From Octopus bimaculoides (Eukaryota), in NCBI RefSeq assembly GCF_001194135.2, contig NC_068986.1, positions 85,432,491 through 85,483,578 on the forward strand: a DNA stretch of 51,088 nucleotides, written 5' to 3'. Made by a program: the position numbers and the translations under genes. How positions within the stretch are numbered: the first letter of the stretch is position 1; every line of letters begins with the position of its first letter. Below the pieces are notes generated by a model. The model was given only the letters and a program-made list of their open reading frames with translations. It had not been told where the DNA came from and ran no database searches. Of this stretch, positions 13,438-24,911 are shown in pieces.

Positions 13438-15100
13438 CACGCTGTTTATACATGTATATATATATATATGTGTGTGTGTGTGTATATGTATACACACATC
13501 AGGGTGTCGATTGTGGATATAAGTTATATCAAATAGTTTTCATCGACCAACATTTTGTACTATCATCCTTAACATCATCATTATTACCACCATAGCCATC
13601 CAAAACAGTACCACAATCCTTCAAATTGGCTGTCTTCAACACAATGCACCATGCAGTTCACATCAACAGCAACGATGGCGGTATAGATAACAGAAAATTG
13701 TGTGATTATTTCTTAAAAAAACATTTTCACACAAAACACCAGAGAAGTTTCACATGAAAGGACAATAAACAGAATAGTATGAGCTTTGTTTATATTTTGT
13801 TGTCATAGCTTTTCTTTCATATTCTCTTCGGAAGTTGTTTATACCGTCATTGCACTGCCAGCACCATCAACCCCAACCCCAATCCCCACCCCAAAAATCC
13901 CGCCACCACTACTATCAACTCCACCACTGCCACCGCAACCACCGCCATCATATCTCCCCAGCACCAGATGTTGCTGACGGTTCCTTCCCAATAACACCGA
14001 TACATCCGACATCACCAGCAGCCTCTACTATTATATGTTTGTCATCGTCACCATCATCACTATCATCATAATCNNNNNNNNNNNNNNNNNNNNNNNNNNN
14101 NNNNNNNNNNNNNNNNNNNNNNNNNNNNNNNNNNNNNNNNNNNNNNNNNNNNNNNNNNNNNNNNNNNNNNNNNNNNNNNNNNNNNNNNNNNNNNNNNNNN
14201 NNNNNNNNNNNNNNNNNNNNNNNNNNNNNNNNNNNNNNNNNNNNNNNNNNNNNNNNNNNNNNNNNNNNNNNNNNNNNNNNNNNNNNNNNNNNNNNNNNNN
14301 NNNNNNNNNNNNNNNNNNNNNNNNNNNNNNNNNNNNNNNNNNNNNNNNNNNNNNNNNNNNNNNNNNNNNNNNNNNNNNNNNNNNNNNNNNNNNNNNNNNN
14401 NNNNNNNNNNNNNNNNNNNNNNNNNNNNNNNNNNNNNNNNNNNNNNNNNNNNNNNNNNNNNNNNNNNNNNNNNNNNNNNNNNNNNNNNNNNNNNNNNNNN
14501 NNNNNNNNNNNNNNNNNNNNNNNNNNNNNNNNNNNNNNNNNNNNNNNNNNNNNNNNNNNNNNNNNNNNNNNNNNNNNNNNNNNNNNNNNNNNNNNNNNNN
14601 NNNNNNNNNNNNNNNNNNNNNNNNNNNNNNNNNNNNNNNNNNNNNNNNNNNNNNNNNNNNNNNNNNNNNNNNNNNNNNNNNNNNNNNNNNNNNNNNNNNN
14701 NNNNNNNNNNNNNNNNNNNNNNNNNNNNNNNNNNNNNNNNNNNNNNNNNNNNNNNNNNNNNNNNNNNNNNNNNNNNNNNNNNNNNNNNNNNNNNNNNNNN
14801 NNNNNNNNNNNNNNNNNNNNNNNNNNNNNNNNNNNNNNNNNNNNNNNNNNNNNNNNNNNNNNNNNNNNNNNNNNNNNNNNNNNNNNNNNNNNNNNNNNNN
14901 NNNNNNNNNNNNNNNNNNNNNNNNNNNNNNNNNNNNNNNNNNNNNNNNNNNNNNNNNNNNNNNNNNNNNNNNNNNNNNNCACCACCATCACCAGTACCAC
15001 CATCACCCCACCACCATTACCCCCAGCACCACCACCATCACCACCACCACCACCACCATCACCACCACCACTCTCTCTGTATACACACACACACAGACAG

Positions 15101-15138
<38 letters not shown>

Positions 15139-15179
15139 GTATGTATACACTCACACATACACGCGCGTGCACTCGCATG

Positions 15180-15211
<32 letters not shown>

Positions 15212-15810
15212 GCCAATATACATTCACGCAGCAATACTCACTTACATATATATGTGTGTATGTGTGTGTTTCCGTGTGTGTGTGTGTGCTTGTGTATGTG
15301 TGTTTGTGTAAGTATGTACACATATCTTTTATGTTTTATCTTCTTCAGTTATTAGACTGCGGCCTTGTTGTCGCACCGTATATGTCTTTCAGGAACACAT
15401 CTTTACTCATAGAAAACTGACAAATTATTTCAGCAGATACTCCAAGAAATATCTTACACTTTCAGAACTATGACAATTTTCTATGTGAGTTGTTGTGACA
15501 GATTTGTAAATCAAATGTTATTCCACATAAATCTGATATAATATATACCATACCATATGAATGGCTTCGACAAAGCTCTAAAACCCTCGTAGATATCTGC
15601 TTCCGAACTCATTACATTATATCGAATTTGGATGCATACGAGATCACTGTTATTTCGTTCCTACAAATGATGCGAACGGTTGGTCAATGAATAGGGAAAG
15701 CTTGATCACAGAAACGCTATACGTGGGCGTGCTGAATAGTTCCTGTCTTCGAGTAAAAGAAGATACAGGAGATTCAGTTAATTATGATTTTATGCAACAT
15801 GTTGCCCTCT

Positions 15811-16121
15811 CATGTAGCCCGTAGTGGTTAAGAACGCGGGCATATGTATTTCATAGGTTAAGAGCGCGGGCATATGGCTTAGTGGTTAAGAACGCGGGCT
15901 ACTAACCCCAAGATTCCGAGTTCGATTCACGGCAGCGACCTGATTAATAATAGTAATAATAATAATAATATAATAATAGTAACATCGTTAGGAATGAGAA
16001 CCCAGGTTCGAAATTTCCCCAAGACACCTGACGAAGGCTGGAGGGTATATCAGCCGAAACGTTGTGTTAACAACAAACAAGATGAGGACAAATATCCGTC
16101 AAATGTAAATAATGTAAATAA
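15811..16121 (+). mobile_element. tRNA-derived SINE (family C) with triplicated A-box head and 3' hammerhead ribozyme
   Basis: A box TGGCTTAGTGG (15875-15885), B box GAGTTCGATTC (15918-15928), internal (AAT)n, second B-box-like GGTTCGAAAT (16006-16015), hammerhead at 16023-16068, and the tandem tail AATGTAAAT x2. Confidence 0.8.
16023..16068 (+). ncRNA. Minimal type-I hammerhead ribozyme
   Basis: Stem I GACAC(16023-27)/GTGTT(16064-68); core CTGACGA (16028-34) plus an extra A; stem II GGCTG(16036-40)/CAGCC(16051-55); GAAA-C; palindromic loopless stem III ACGT; cleavage triplet GUU (after 16063). Confidence 0.75.
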
Positions 16122-16494
16122 CCTTGCATAATATCAGGAAATTTGCAATACACACAATAATTACGATTATCAACTTTTTTGCTGTTTATTCGAATATTAA
16201 TTATAAACAAAAAATATTTATCTTAAATAAAATAAAATAAACATAACCTCTCATGTGTATATCTCCTTCCATAACTACCCTCTCATTAACTCGCTATCCT
16301 CCTCCGCGTTTCTCTCTATGATTCTTTCTCTCTCACTTTGTATATATAGCATTCGTTTACTTATTGCCTGCCGCCGCTCCTAGTTTGTGCACTCATCCTG
16401 TGCCACTTGTATTAATTATTTCTGTTTCTCTCCCTTTCTCTATACGAAGTAACGTAATGGGGAAATCAATCACCATCCAAGATTTATATGTTAT

Positions 16495-16945
16495 AATTAT
16501 TACTATTGATTTGACTCAATAATCCTAGCAAGATTTACGTGGGTAGAGGGTTACTACACGTAACATTAGGTACCCACTAGCTTTCAATAGTCTTTCAAGT
16601 ACTGACTACCCTCCTGATAATCTTTTCTGTCCCTAAGACCTAAACTTTCTGTAAAAGCTCTACAAAGACATTCGATTGCAATCTCCTTCAATCATTTGTC
16701 TATATCTTTGCCTACAGTTCCCAATGCATTAATTTTTATAGGCACAACCTTTACAGTTTTCATATTCCAAATTTTTGCAATTTAAAATTTTAAGGCATTG
16801 TACTTGGTTTTTTTTTCTTCTTCGCCTTTTTTTTTCGATCCTGGAATCAAACAGACATGATGGATCTATTAGAAAGCAACTTCGCTTTTCCTTTTCGTTT
16901 TTTTGCTTAATTAATAAGCAATTTTGCTTTTCCATATCCATTATT
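16495..16945 (-). mobile_element. 5'-truncated R4/Dong-type LINE 3' end (restriction-like endonuclease)
   Basis: The minus strand translates as CFLIDPSCLFDSRIEKK ... KYNALKF*IAKIWNMKTVKVVPIKINALGTVGKDIDK*LKEI ... ELLQKV*VLGTEKIIRRV, the REL-endonuclease C-terminus. Confidence 0.75.
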
Positions 16946-16952
16946 GTTGTTG

Positions 16953-16957
<5 letters not shown>

Positions 16958-17041
<84 letters not shown>
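16958..17041. repeat. (ATT)n = (TAA)n array between two R4-type elements
   Basis: Directly visible, about 28 units. Confidence 0.97.
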
Positions 17042-17042
<1 letters not shown>

Positions 17043-17900
17043 CTTCGTAACATAGTGTAGGCAAAAATTCACCGGAGCCTTTAGTCTTCTGCCAAGTCAC
17101 AACAAGGACTTCAGACAGATAATACTTTCTTTAAGATTTGCGCTGTGCCCAGTAAAGCTGCTTTTTATAAGACATCAATCTTGCATGGGATTTCCAGTTG
17201 CCGTAAGAAGTTTTTATGTTTCAATGGGATTGAGTCCAACACTCCGATCACCACTAGTATCACTTTTACATTACCTTCTCGCATTCCATACAGCCATGCC
17301 ATTTCCACTTTCAATTCGGAGTACTTGGTGATTTTTTCAATCTCTTTACTCACAACATTCATGTCATTTGATATGGCTACATCAATGATCTGACAGTATT
17401 TTTCTCTCTTATTCAATATGACAATATCCGGCCGACGGTGTTCGATTACACGATCCATCTGAAAATCATAGTCCCAGAGTATCGTTACTTTTCCATCCTC
17501 CTGCTTAACTTTACTTGCTACATGCTCATACCAGTTCTCTGTTACTTCATATTGGTATTAACGGCATATGAGCCAATGAAAGTACATACACACTTTATCG
17601 TGGCGGCGCTTGTATTCTTTTTTGTGCAAGGCTCTCACATCCACTTACCAAGTAGGTCACATTTTCCAAACTCTGTCCACATCCACAGAGTTTGCATTTC
17701 AGGGTGTCAGGAGTTTTATAGATATGATGCTTCACTGAATTGGTAGTGAGAGCCTGTTCTTGTGCAGCAATGATCAGGCTTTCGGTGGTACGCTTCAAAT
17801 CACCTCGCTCAAGCCATGCCCACGATGCTGTATCATCCTAAACATCTTGTGTATTCCTTTCAAACTGTCCATGCATTCTCATTTCATGAAGGTCTTCTAT
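17042..17900 (-). mobile_element. 5'-truncated R4/Dong-type LINE (zinc knuckle + REL endonuclease), decayed
   Basis: Translated pieces: MHGQF, ESLIIAAQEQALTTNSVK, CKLCGCGQSLENVTYLVSGC, EHRRPDIVILNK...IIDVAISND...KYSELKVE, ALLGTAQILKKVL. The 3' end abuts (TAA)n. Confidence 0.88.
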
Positions 17901-17904
17901 TTAC

Positions 17905-18258
17905 TTTCAGAAGGGGGCTGCCTTATAACAGATTTTACATTCTTGACTACCTGCTTCAGGATGCGACCCCTGGTAGATTTCGAAATGACTTCCCTACCAC
18001 AACATTTAAATACTTTTCGACAAGTCAGACACGTGTTCTTCGCAAATTACCTTGTTATATGTGACAGGGTTCGCTCGAAACAACCCTCGAATTACCCTTC
18101 TCACCGCTCGAAAGGACAGCAGAAGACTCCACTAATTTCTTCACAATTCAATGATCTCTTCCCAGGATCTTTGATATTTCCAATGTCCTTTTTGTTTTTC
18201 CGAGCTTTGAGGCGATGGTGGACTTCTCATTTGATGTCAAATCACGTTTTTGACCCAT
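17905..18258 (-). mobile_element. Tc1-type transposase N-terminal (DNA-binding) fragment
   Basis: From ATG at 18258: MGQKRDLTSNEKSTIASKL...TLEISKILGRDH*IVKKLV, then ITR*FAKNTCLTCRKVFKCC...SKSTRGRILKQVVK...RQPLLK. This matches the recalled MGQKRDLT...EIAKILGRDHRTIKRF...STRCSVL...RPPL Tc1 family. No TIR or catalytic domain is present. Confidence 0.7.
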
Positions 18259-18291
18259 GATAACACATTTGTCGGGCACTCGCCTTAAAAT

Positions 18292-18415
18292 TTAGGACGG
18301 ACCACCAAGAGCTGCAGTTAAGTTCTGGACTTTGTGGATCTTAAAATGTCTTTTGCGGCCTCCGTTAGATTTGCAGACCTTCTGGCACACATTGCATTGA
18401 AAGTTGTGCACAGAT
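18292..18415 (-). mobile_element. Isolated C2H2 zinc-finger fragment, probably from an RTE-type LINE C-terminus
   Basis: CNVCQKVCKSNGGRKRHFKIH (18334-18396) is an exact C-x2-C-x12-H-x3-H finger followed by a stop. It is bounded by (TA)n and has no credible start or splice sites. Confidence 0.5.
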
Positions 18416-18562
18416 ATATAGACAGAATAGTTCGTGGATATATATATATATATATATATAATAATATTATTAGGGACAAAATCCAAAATTACAGGTAAAA
18501 AACTCAATTAAAATCAATTTATAAAAAATTAAATTGAGCCTTATAGATAAAGTATATATAAA

Positions 18563-18876
18563 ATATATATAGTTTTAGGGAAAATAACCAATTTTCAAGA
18601 ACTCATCGATGAAAATCCACTATCACATATAGAAAAATTAATAATTAAAAGCACAATAAATGAGTATAATATAAAGTAAAGTAAATATCATAAGATAAAT
18701 ATAATATAATATAATATATATAATATATATATAATTATATTTATCTTATGATATTTACTTTACTTTATATTATACTCATTTATTGTGCTTTTAATTATTA
18801 ATTTTTCTATATGTGATAGTGGATTTTCATCGATGAGTTCTTGAAAATTGGTTATTTTCCCTAAAACTATATATAT
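18563..18876. repeat. Perfect inverted repeat with 143-bp arms and a 28-nt AT spacer
   Basis: 18563-18705 is the exact reverse complement of 18734-18876 (checked base by base). Confidence 0.95.
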
Positions 18877-18892
18877 ATATATATATATATAC

Positions 18893-19270
18893 CTTTACTT
18901 TCTGAGTTAAAATTCCGCCTCTGAGTTAGATTTTGCCTTTCATCATTCTGGGTAGATAAAATTACTGATGTTGATGTAAACGATTTTCGCCCTCCCTCGA
19001 TAATTGCTGTTCTTGTGCCAAAATTTGAAATCAGTATTATATATAGATATAAGATAGAGAAATGGCAAAAGTGTTAACACACTGGAGAATGTACTGAGCA
19101 GCATTTCGTCCGTCTTTACATTCTGAGTTCAAATTTCGCCGAAGTTTATTTTGCTTTCTATATTTTCGGGGCGAATAAAATAAGTACTATTTTAGTATTG
19201 GGATCGATGTAATCGACTAGCTCCTACCTCCCAAATTTTCAGCCTTGTGCCTATAATAAAAAAGGATTAT
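18893..19270 (+). mobile_element. Two tandem family-B SINE copies (about 18893-19035 and 19062-19270)
   Basis: TTCTGAGTT(A/C)AAATT(C/T)CGCC B-box region and the GCCTTGTGCC tail, as in 35471-35690. Confidence 0.75.
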
Positions 19271-19566
19271 TAAATATTGATAGTTAATCTGCGAACTATT
19301 ATTTCGGTCAGTTAGACACTATCATATCACTCTAAAACATAAGTTTCATCGAGCACTCGCATAACTAATCTACCTTAGAATTAAACGAATAACTACAGAA
19401 GCTGGAGCGCGCGTGCCCGTGTGTGTGTGTACATGTATTTATATCAGTATGTATATGTTATTGTGTGTTCCTGTATGGATGCATGTGTTTCTATATGTTT
19501 TGCTTATATTTCAGTCTATTCTTTTCGTTCTTCCTCTGATCTCAAACAAACCCCCACCGCGACTAA

Positions 19567-19569
<3 letters not shown>

Positions 19570-19644
<75 letters not shown>

Positions 19645-19875
19645 TTTTCTCTATTTTCATTCTCTACCTCTCCTTTTTTTTTCTCCCACTCTCTTGGTTT
19701 TTATCTTTCTCTTACACTCTATCATTATAAGGTTTCTAAATTCCTTCCCCTCCCCTCCTTATTTTTTCTCTTTCATCATCGCTTTATCTCGGAGCTTTTC
19801 GCATTTATATTTCTGTTGATTCCACACAAATGTGAGACATTTTCAATGACAACGTCACCATCATCATCATCATCG

Positions 19876-19913
<38 letters not shown>

Positions 19914-20407
19914 GTCATCATCATCATCATCGCCATCGCCATCACCATCACCACCGTCACTGTTTTCATCGTCGCAATCATTCTTATCGTCGTCGGCGAC
20001 GGCATCATCATTGCCTTCATCATCATCATCATCATCACAATCCCAAAGCCTTACCTTCAATAGCAAGCAAAATAACAATCATGGTAGGAACATGATAAAA
20101 ACAACAAAAACAAAAACAAAAACAAAAAAAATGAACAACAATAACAATACAACACAAACCGACAAGGAATATCATTAATGATAATCATCAAAACATTCTA
20201 TTTTTTAATTTCATCGCGACATTTAATGCATTATATCTTCACTTTCGTTCTCTTCTTCATTCTGGCCTTTTGGTTCGCCATTTTCAATATTTAAAATTAC
20301 ACACGCATTGATTTTTAACAGAGGACTGGTGGTTTTTCTTTTTATTTAAAGACATCCTGAAAATGGCAGGCTTCTTTTGTTGTTAGTGATTTAGTTGTTG
20401 TTACTAC

Positions 20408-20466
<59 letters not shown>
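19570..20466. repeat. (CT)n at 19570-19635, (CAT)n at 19856-20040, (GTA)n at 20409-20466
   Basis: Directly visible. Confidence 0.95.
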
Positions 20467-21487
20467 CCATTGTAGTTGTTGCTGCTGCTGCGTTCTAAAT
20501 TTTTCAGCATTCGAAAACCAAAAATATAAAGAGAGAATGCAGAAATAAGAGAATACATATTCATTTGGCTATTCCTGAATGCTCACGCACACATGCACAC
20601 ACACGCGCACGCACAGGCAGGCACATACATACATACATACATACATACATACATACACACATGTAGACGCACACTTTCAAACACACTCACACTGATATTG
20701 TGTGTATATTTGTGGATTGGGGAACATTCGTCTTTAAAAACGAAGATAAAAGTACTCAAAGCATAGAGTGAATATGTTTTTATTATAAACTGAATGTTCT
20801 TTTTGCCGTAACATGTGACGTAGCTCGTATGAAGTTTCACGCTACCGAATGCGCCAACGACTGAGATTTGAAATTGGTGTAAAAATACAAATTACCAGAG
20901 ACTGAAAGAACTTTGTCCATGAGCTTGCATTTGCTAAAACATTCAGATCTAGAATTAAGTAGTCTGGTGGAAATTTGAAATCTAACAAGAATGTGCGATC
21001 AGTCAGCCACGCATAACCTACCTCTTTTTGATCATTTTATAAATGGTAGAGTTTTATTCACAAATCACCACTTGATTATATGTGGCGTGGAATTGGTCTT
21101 CAGATTCAATACATAGACAAATATTTCTGTATTGAGTAGCTGTTACACGGATGTTGCTTCTTCAGAGTTATATTATTCTTCGCCAGCTAAACTAAATATG
21201 ATATCTACAGACAACAGGGACGAAGATCCTCATTTTCTTATTTTTGTTTTTTTTCGTTCCATTTTTTGCATCAATCTTCTTTGCATTTCTCTTCCAGTTT
21301 TTCTCAAGTTTTATCATAGACCAGTGTCCTTTTTTTCAAATACGTCTAACAGTGTGCACTGAGCCTGAAAAATTGCTTGGAGAGACACGAAATCTTATAT
21401 AATTCTGCCTAATTATTGTATCTCTACAACATGAAACTAATAGTGGCTTTTTTATTCTATGCATATTACATGATACACCGGGTGGAG

Positions 21488-21521
<34 letters not shown>

Positions 21522-21796
21522 CAATCAGTAACTTGTCATAATAGAACTCAGAGATTCAAATGCCGGAACTAAGTGCTTCGAGGCATTTTCATAGGTTATT
21601 TTGACGATGGACACCATGAAAAAACCGCTGAATAAAAGAGAAGTTACTCTAATAGGGAAGAAAAATATATAAAAGAAGCTCTTAGCACTGGTATTTGAAA
21701 CTCTCAGTTCTAGTATGACAACTTACTAATTGTCGTATATTATATATATATATATAAATTCCTCTATTTACATAATATCAAGGTATCATTCTTTTG

Positions 21797-24006
21797 TTGT
21801 CAGTGAGGCGGAGTGCTGCGAAAGACCGGCATCTACCTAGGAAGTAGAGGAAGCGATGAAAAGCTGTACAAGAGGTAGATCGCCGGGTTTGGATGATCTG
21901 CCCTACGAACTTTACACTTCAATGCCAAACTTGTTTACGGGCATCTTGGCAAACGTCTACTGCATCTGGCAACAAAACAGGACAATTCCTGCTTTTGTTT
22001 GTCGAGGAGTGCTAAGAAAGGACACAAACAAGGGGGACGTAATAGGTAATTTTAGGCCCATTACTCTGCTCAATGCAGAGTTGAAAATGTTGGCCAAAGT
22101 CCTAGCCAAGGGGTGGGCGCTTGTCGTGGACAAGCTGATTGGCAAGGCGTAGACATGCGCCGTGCCCACTAGGTCTATCCACGATAACCTCCATCTCATG
22201 CGCTACATCATAGAGAGGGTGGGTAACGAAGCTGGTGCGGGTGGGGCTTTGATCAATTTATATCAGTCTAAAGCCTTTGAGAGGATCGATACCTGGCAGC
22301 TCTTCTGCGGGCCGCCGGTTTCAGTCTGGTCTTCCGCGAGTGCATCGCTACTTTGTACTGCAGCATCTGCTCGGTCATACAGGTGAACGGTCAACTTTCC
22401 GAGCCGTTCGACATCTCGCATTCGGTCCAACAAAGATGCCCTCTCTCCTCCCTCCTCTATGTTTTGACTCTCGAGACATTACTGCGGAAGTTGGAGGCGT
22501 TGTGGGGNNNNNNNNNNNNNNNNNNNNNNNNNNNNNNNNNNNNNNNNNNNNNNNNNNNNNNNNNNNNNNNNNNNNNNNNNNNNNNNNNNNNNNNNNNNNN
22601 NGTCCCGCGCGATCTGAAATGTCGAAGGAGCGTGTCTGCCTATGCCGACGACGTCACTGTGATGGTGTCGTGCCACAGGCATATAGACCTGATTGGCGAG
22701 AAGCTAAACGAGTACGAAGCAGTGACAAGTGCGAAAATGAATGCGGAAAAGTCGGTGGGCTTGCAACTGGGCACCTGGAGGGGCAAGTCCATGCCGTCCA
22801 GCAGCGTCGTAGGGTGCTGGACAGACGGTCCCGTTTAACTGCTCGGGGTTTGGTTTGGTCCGGACCTCCAGGTGGAGAGAAACTGGAGCAAAGTGACGAG
22901 CAGGGTGGCCAATCTCACCTAGAAATGGACCGAGAGGAAGCTGTCCCTGAAAGGTCGAGAGGAGGTGGTGAATGCGTACATCGCATCCGTCATCTATTAC
23001 CGATTGACCGTCCTCCCTTGTCCCGACCGCTGGTTGGCCAAGCTGGTACGCTTGCTCTTCGACTTTCTGTGGAAGGGTCAGGTACCACTGATCAGGCGCT
23101 CCATCTGCTGTGAACAGCCGCTGAACGGAGGCCTTGGCATGCCGTGGTTGCTGATGCGCAGATATGCGCTCAGGCTACGGTATCTCAAGCGTTTCCTGGA
23201 CGGTGAGCAGGTGTGGTCACCGTTCATCAGACACGACATTCTGGCGCTTATCTCTTTGACAGAGCTGCAATTTTGAATCAAACGCAAACCTAGAAATGGC
23301 ACTTGGCACCTCGAGTGCACACCAAGCTCTCACCGCCCTCCACCAAGCTGGCAATGCGATCGGTAGTAGTTCCATTCTAGCGTTCTATAGAGGGTTAGTG
23401 GAGGAAAAGTGCGACGACGTTCTCGGGGAAACTCTAGACGTCGACGATAATCAGCTAAACAGTCTGTTCAGAAGAACTTTCGGGCCGGGGTCCATGGATA
23501 ACTTCCAAAGATCCCTCGCCTGGCAGTGCTACTGAGAGGTGCTGCCTGTTCGAGATAAACTCTACTTGCACAGAAGTGCCGTCAGCCGGGCCTGCACGAG
23601 GTGCGCTCAGAGCGACGAAAGTGTTCTGCACGCACTCATCCAGTGCCTGAGTAGTGCTGACCTGTGAGTTTATGTCGAACAGCTGTCGCCTGTAGGACGG
23701 ACCCGGCTATCAGCTGAATCCATAGTGAAGATTGCCCCGCCGACCTCCTTTAACCAGGAAGGCAAGGCAATTTTCCTTTGTCTAGTGGCTGTAGCGAAAG
23801 AGGTAGTATGGTGGACCCGTTTGAAAGGGCTAAAGTCAGACACTTTCCTCTTTAGCAAAGGCCCCATTAACTTTTTCAAGTTCCACTTGAAAAGGAAGAT
23901 GAGAGTAGAGAGGGAAGTACTCTCTCGTAGCAAATTTATTGAAAGGTGGATGACTTTCGGTAAAATGGCCAGTATGAACGGACCAATTCTGAGGTTACAC
24001 CTGTAA
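21797..24006 (+). mobile_element. 5'-truncated Tx1/L1-group LINE: ORF2 reverse transcriptase + C-terminal zinc knuckle, pseudogenised
   Basis: RT motifs GRSPGLDDLPYELY, NFRPITLLNAELKMLAKVL, QSKAFERI, VQQRCPLSSLLY, SAYADDVTV, GTWRG; knuckle CTRCAQSDESVLHALIQC (C-x2-C-x8-H-x4-C). Stop at 24004-24006 is followed by an A-run. There is an internal gap at 22508-22601. Confidence 0.92.
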
Positions 24007-24911
24007 AAAAAAAGGTAATATAAAAGGAGAAANNNNNNNNNNNNNNNNNNNNNNNNNNNNNNNNNNNNNNNNNNNNNNNNNNNNNNNNNNNNNNNNNNNN
24101 NNNNNNNNNNNNNNNNNNNNNNNNNNNNNNNNNNNNNNNNNNNNNNNNNNNNNNNNNNNNNNNNNNNNNNNNNNNNNNNNNNNNNNNNNNNNNNNNNNNN
24201 NNNNNNNNNNNNNNNNNNNNNNNNNNNNNNNNNNNNNNNNNNNNNNNNNNNNNNNNNNNNNNNNNNNNNNNNNNNNNNNNNNNNNNNNNNNNNNNNNNNN
24301 NNNNNNNNNNNNNNNNNNNNNNNNNNNNNNNNNNNNNNNNNNNNNNNNNNNNNNNNNNNNNNNNNNNNNNNNNNNNNNNNNNNNNNNNNNNNNNNNNNNN
24401 NNNNNNNNNNNNNNNNNNNNNNNNNNNNNNNNNNNNNNNNNNNNNNNNNNNNNNNNNNNNNNNNNNNNNNNNNNNNNNNNNNNNNNNNNNNNNNNNNNNN
24501 NNNNNNNNNNNNNNNNNNNNNNNNNNNNNNNNNNNNNNNNNNNNNNNNNNNNNNNNNNNNNNNNNNNNNNNNNNNNNNNNNNNNNNNNNNNNNNNNNNNN
24601 NNNNNNNNNNNNNNNNNNNNNNNNNNNNNNNNNNNNNNNNNNNNNNNNNNNNNNNNNNNNNNNNNNNNNNNNNNNNNNNNNNNNNNNNNNNNNNNNNNNN
24701 NNNNNNNNNNNNNNNNNNNNNNNNNNNNNNNNNNNNNNNNNNNNNNNNNNNNNNNNNNNNNNNNNNNNNNNNNNNNNNNNNNNNNNNNNNNNNNNNNNNN
24801 NNNNNNNNNNNNNNNNNNNNNNNNNNNNNNNNNNNNNNNNNNNNNNNNNNNNNNNNNNNNNNNNNNNNNNNNNNNNNNNNNNNNNNNNNNNNNNNNNNNN
24901 NNNNNNNNNNN

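Noticed and set aside
15866-15940. tRNA gene calls for SINE heads (also 10054, 35471, 36058)
   Set aside because: A/B boxes are present but I could not build a full cloverleaf, and each continues into a SINE body.
18292-18507. Host C2H2 zinc-finger gene (octopus has a large C2H2 expansion)
   Set aside because: It is a single finger without a TGEKP linker, its upstream frame runs through (TA)n, and it is embedded among transposon fragments.
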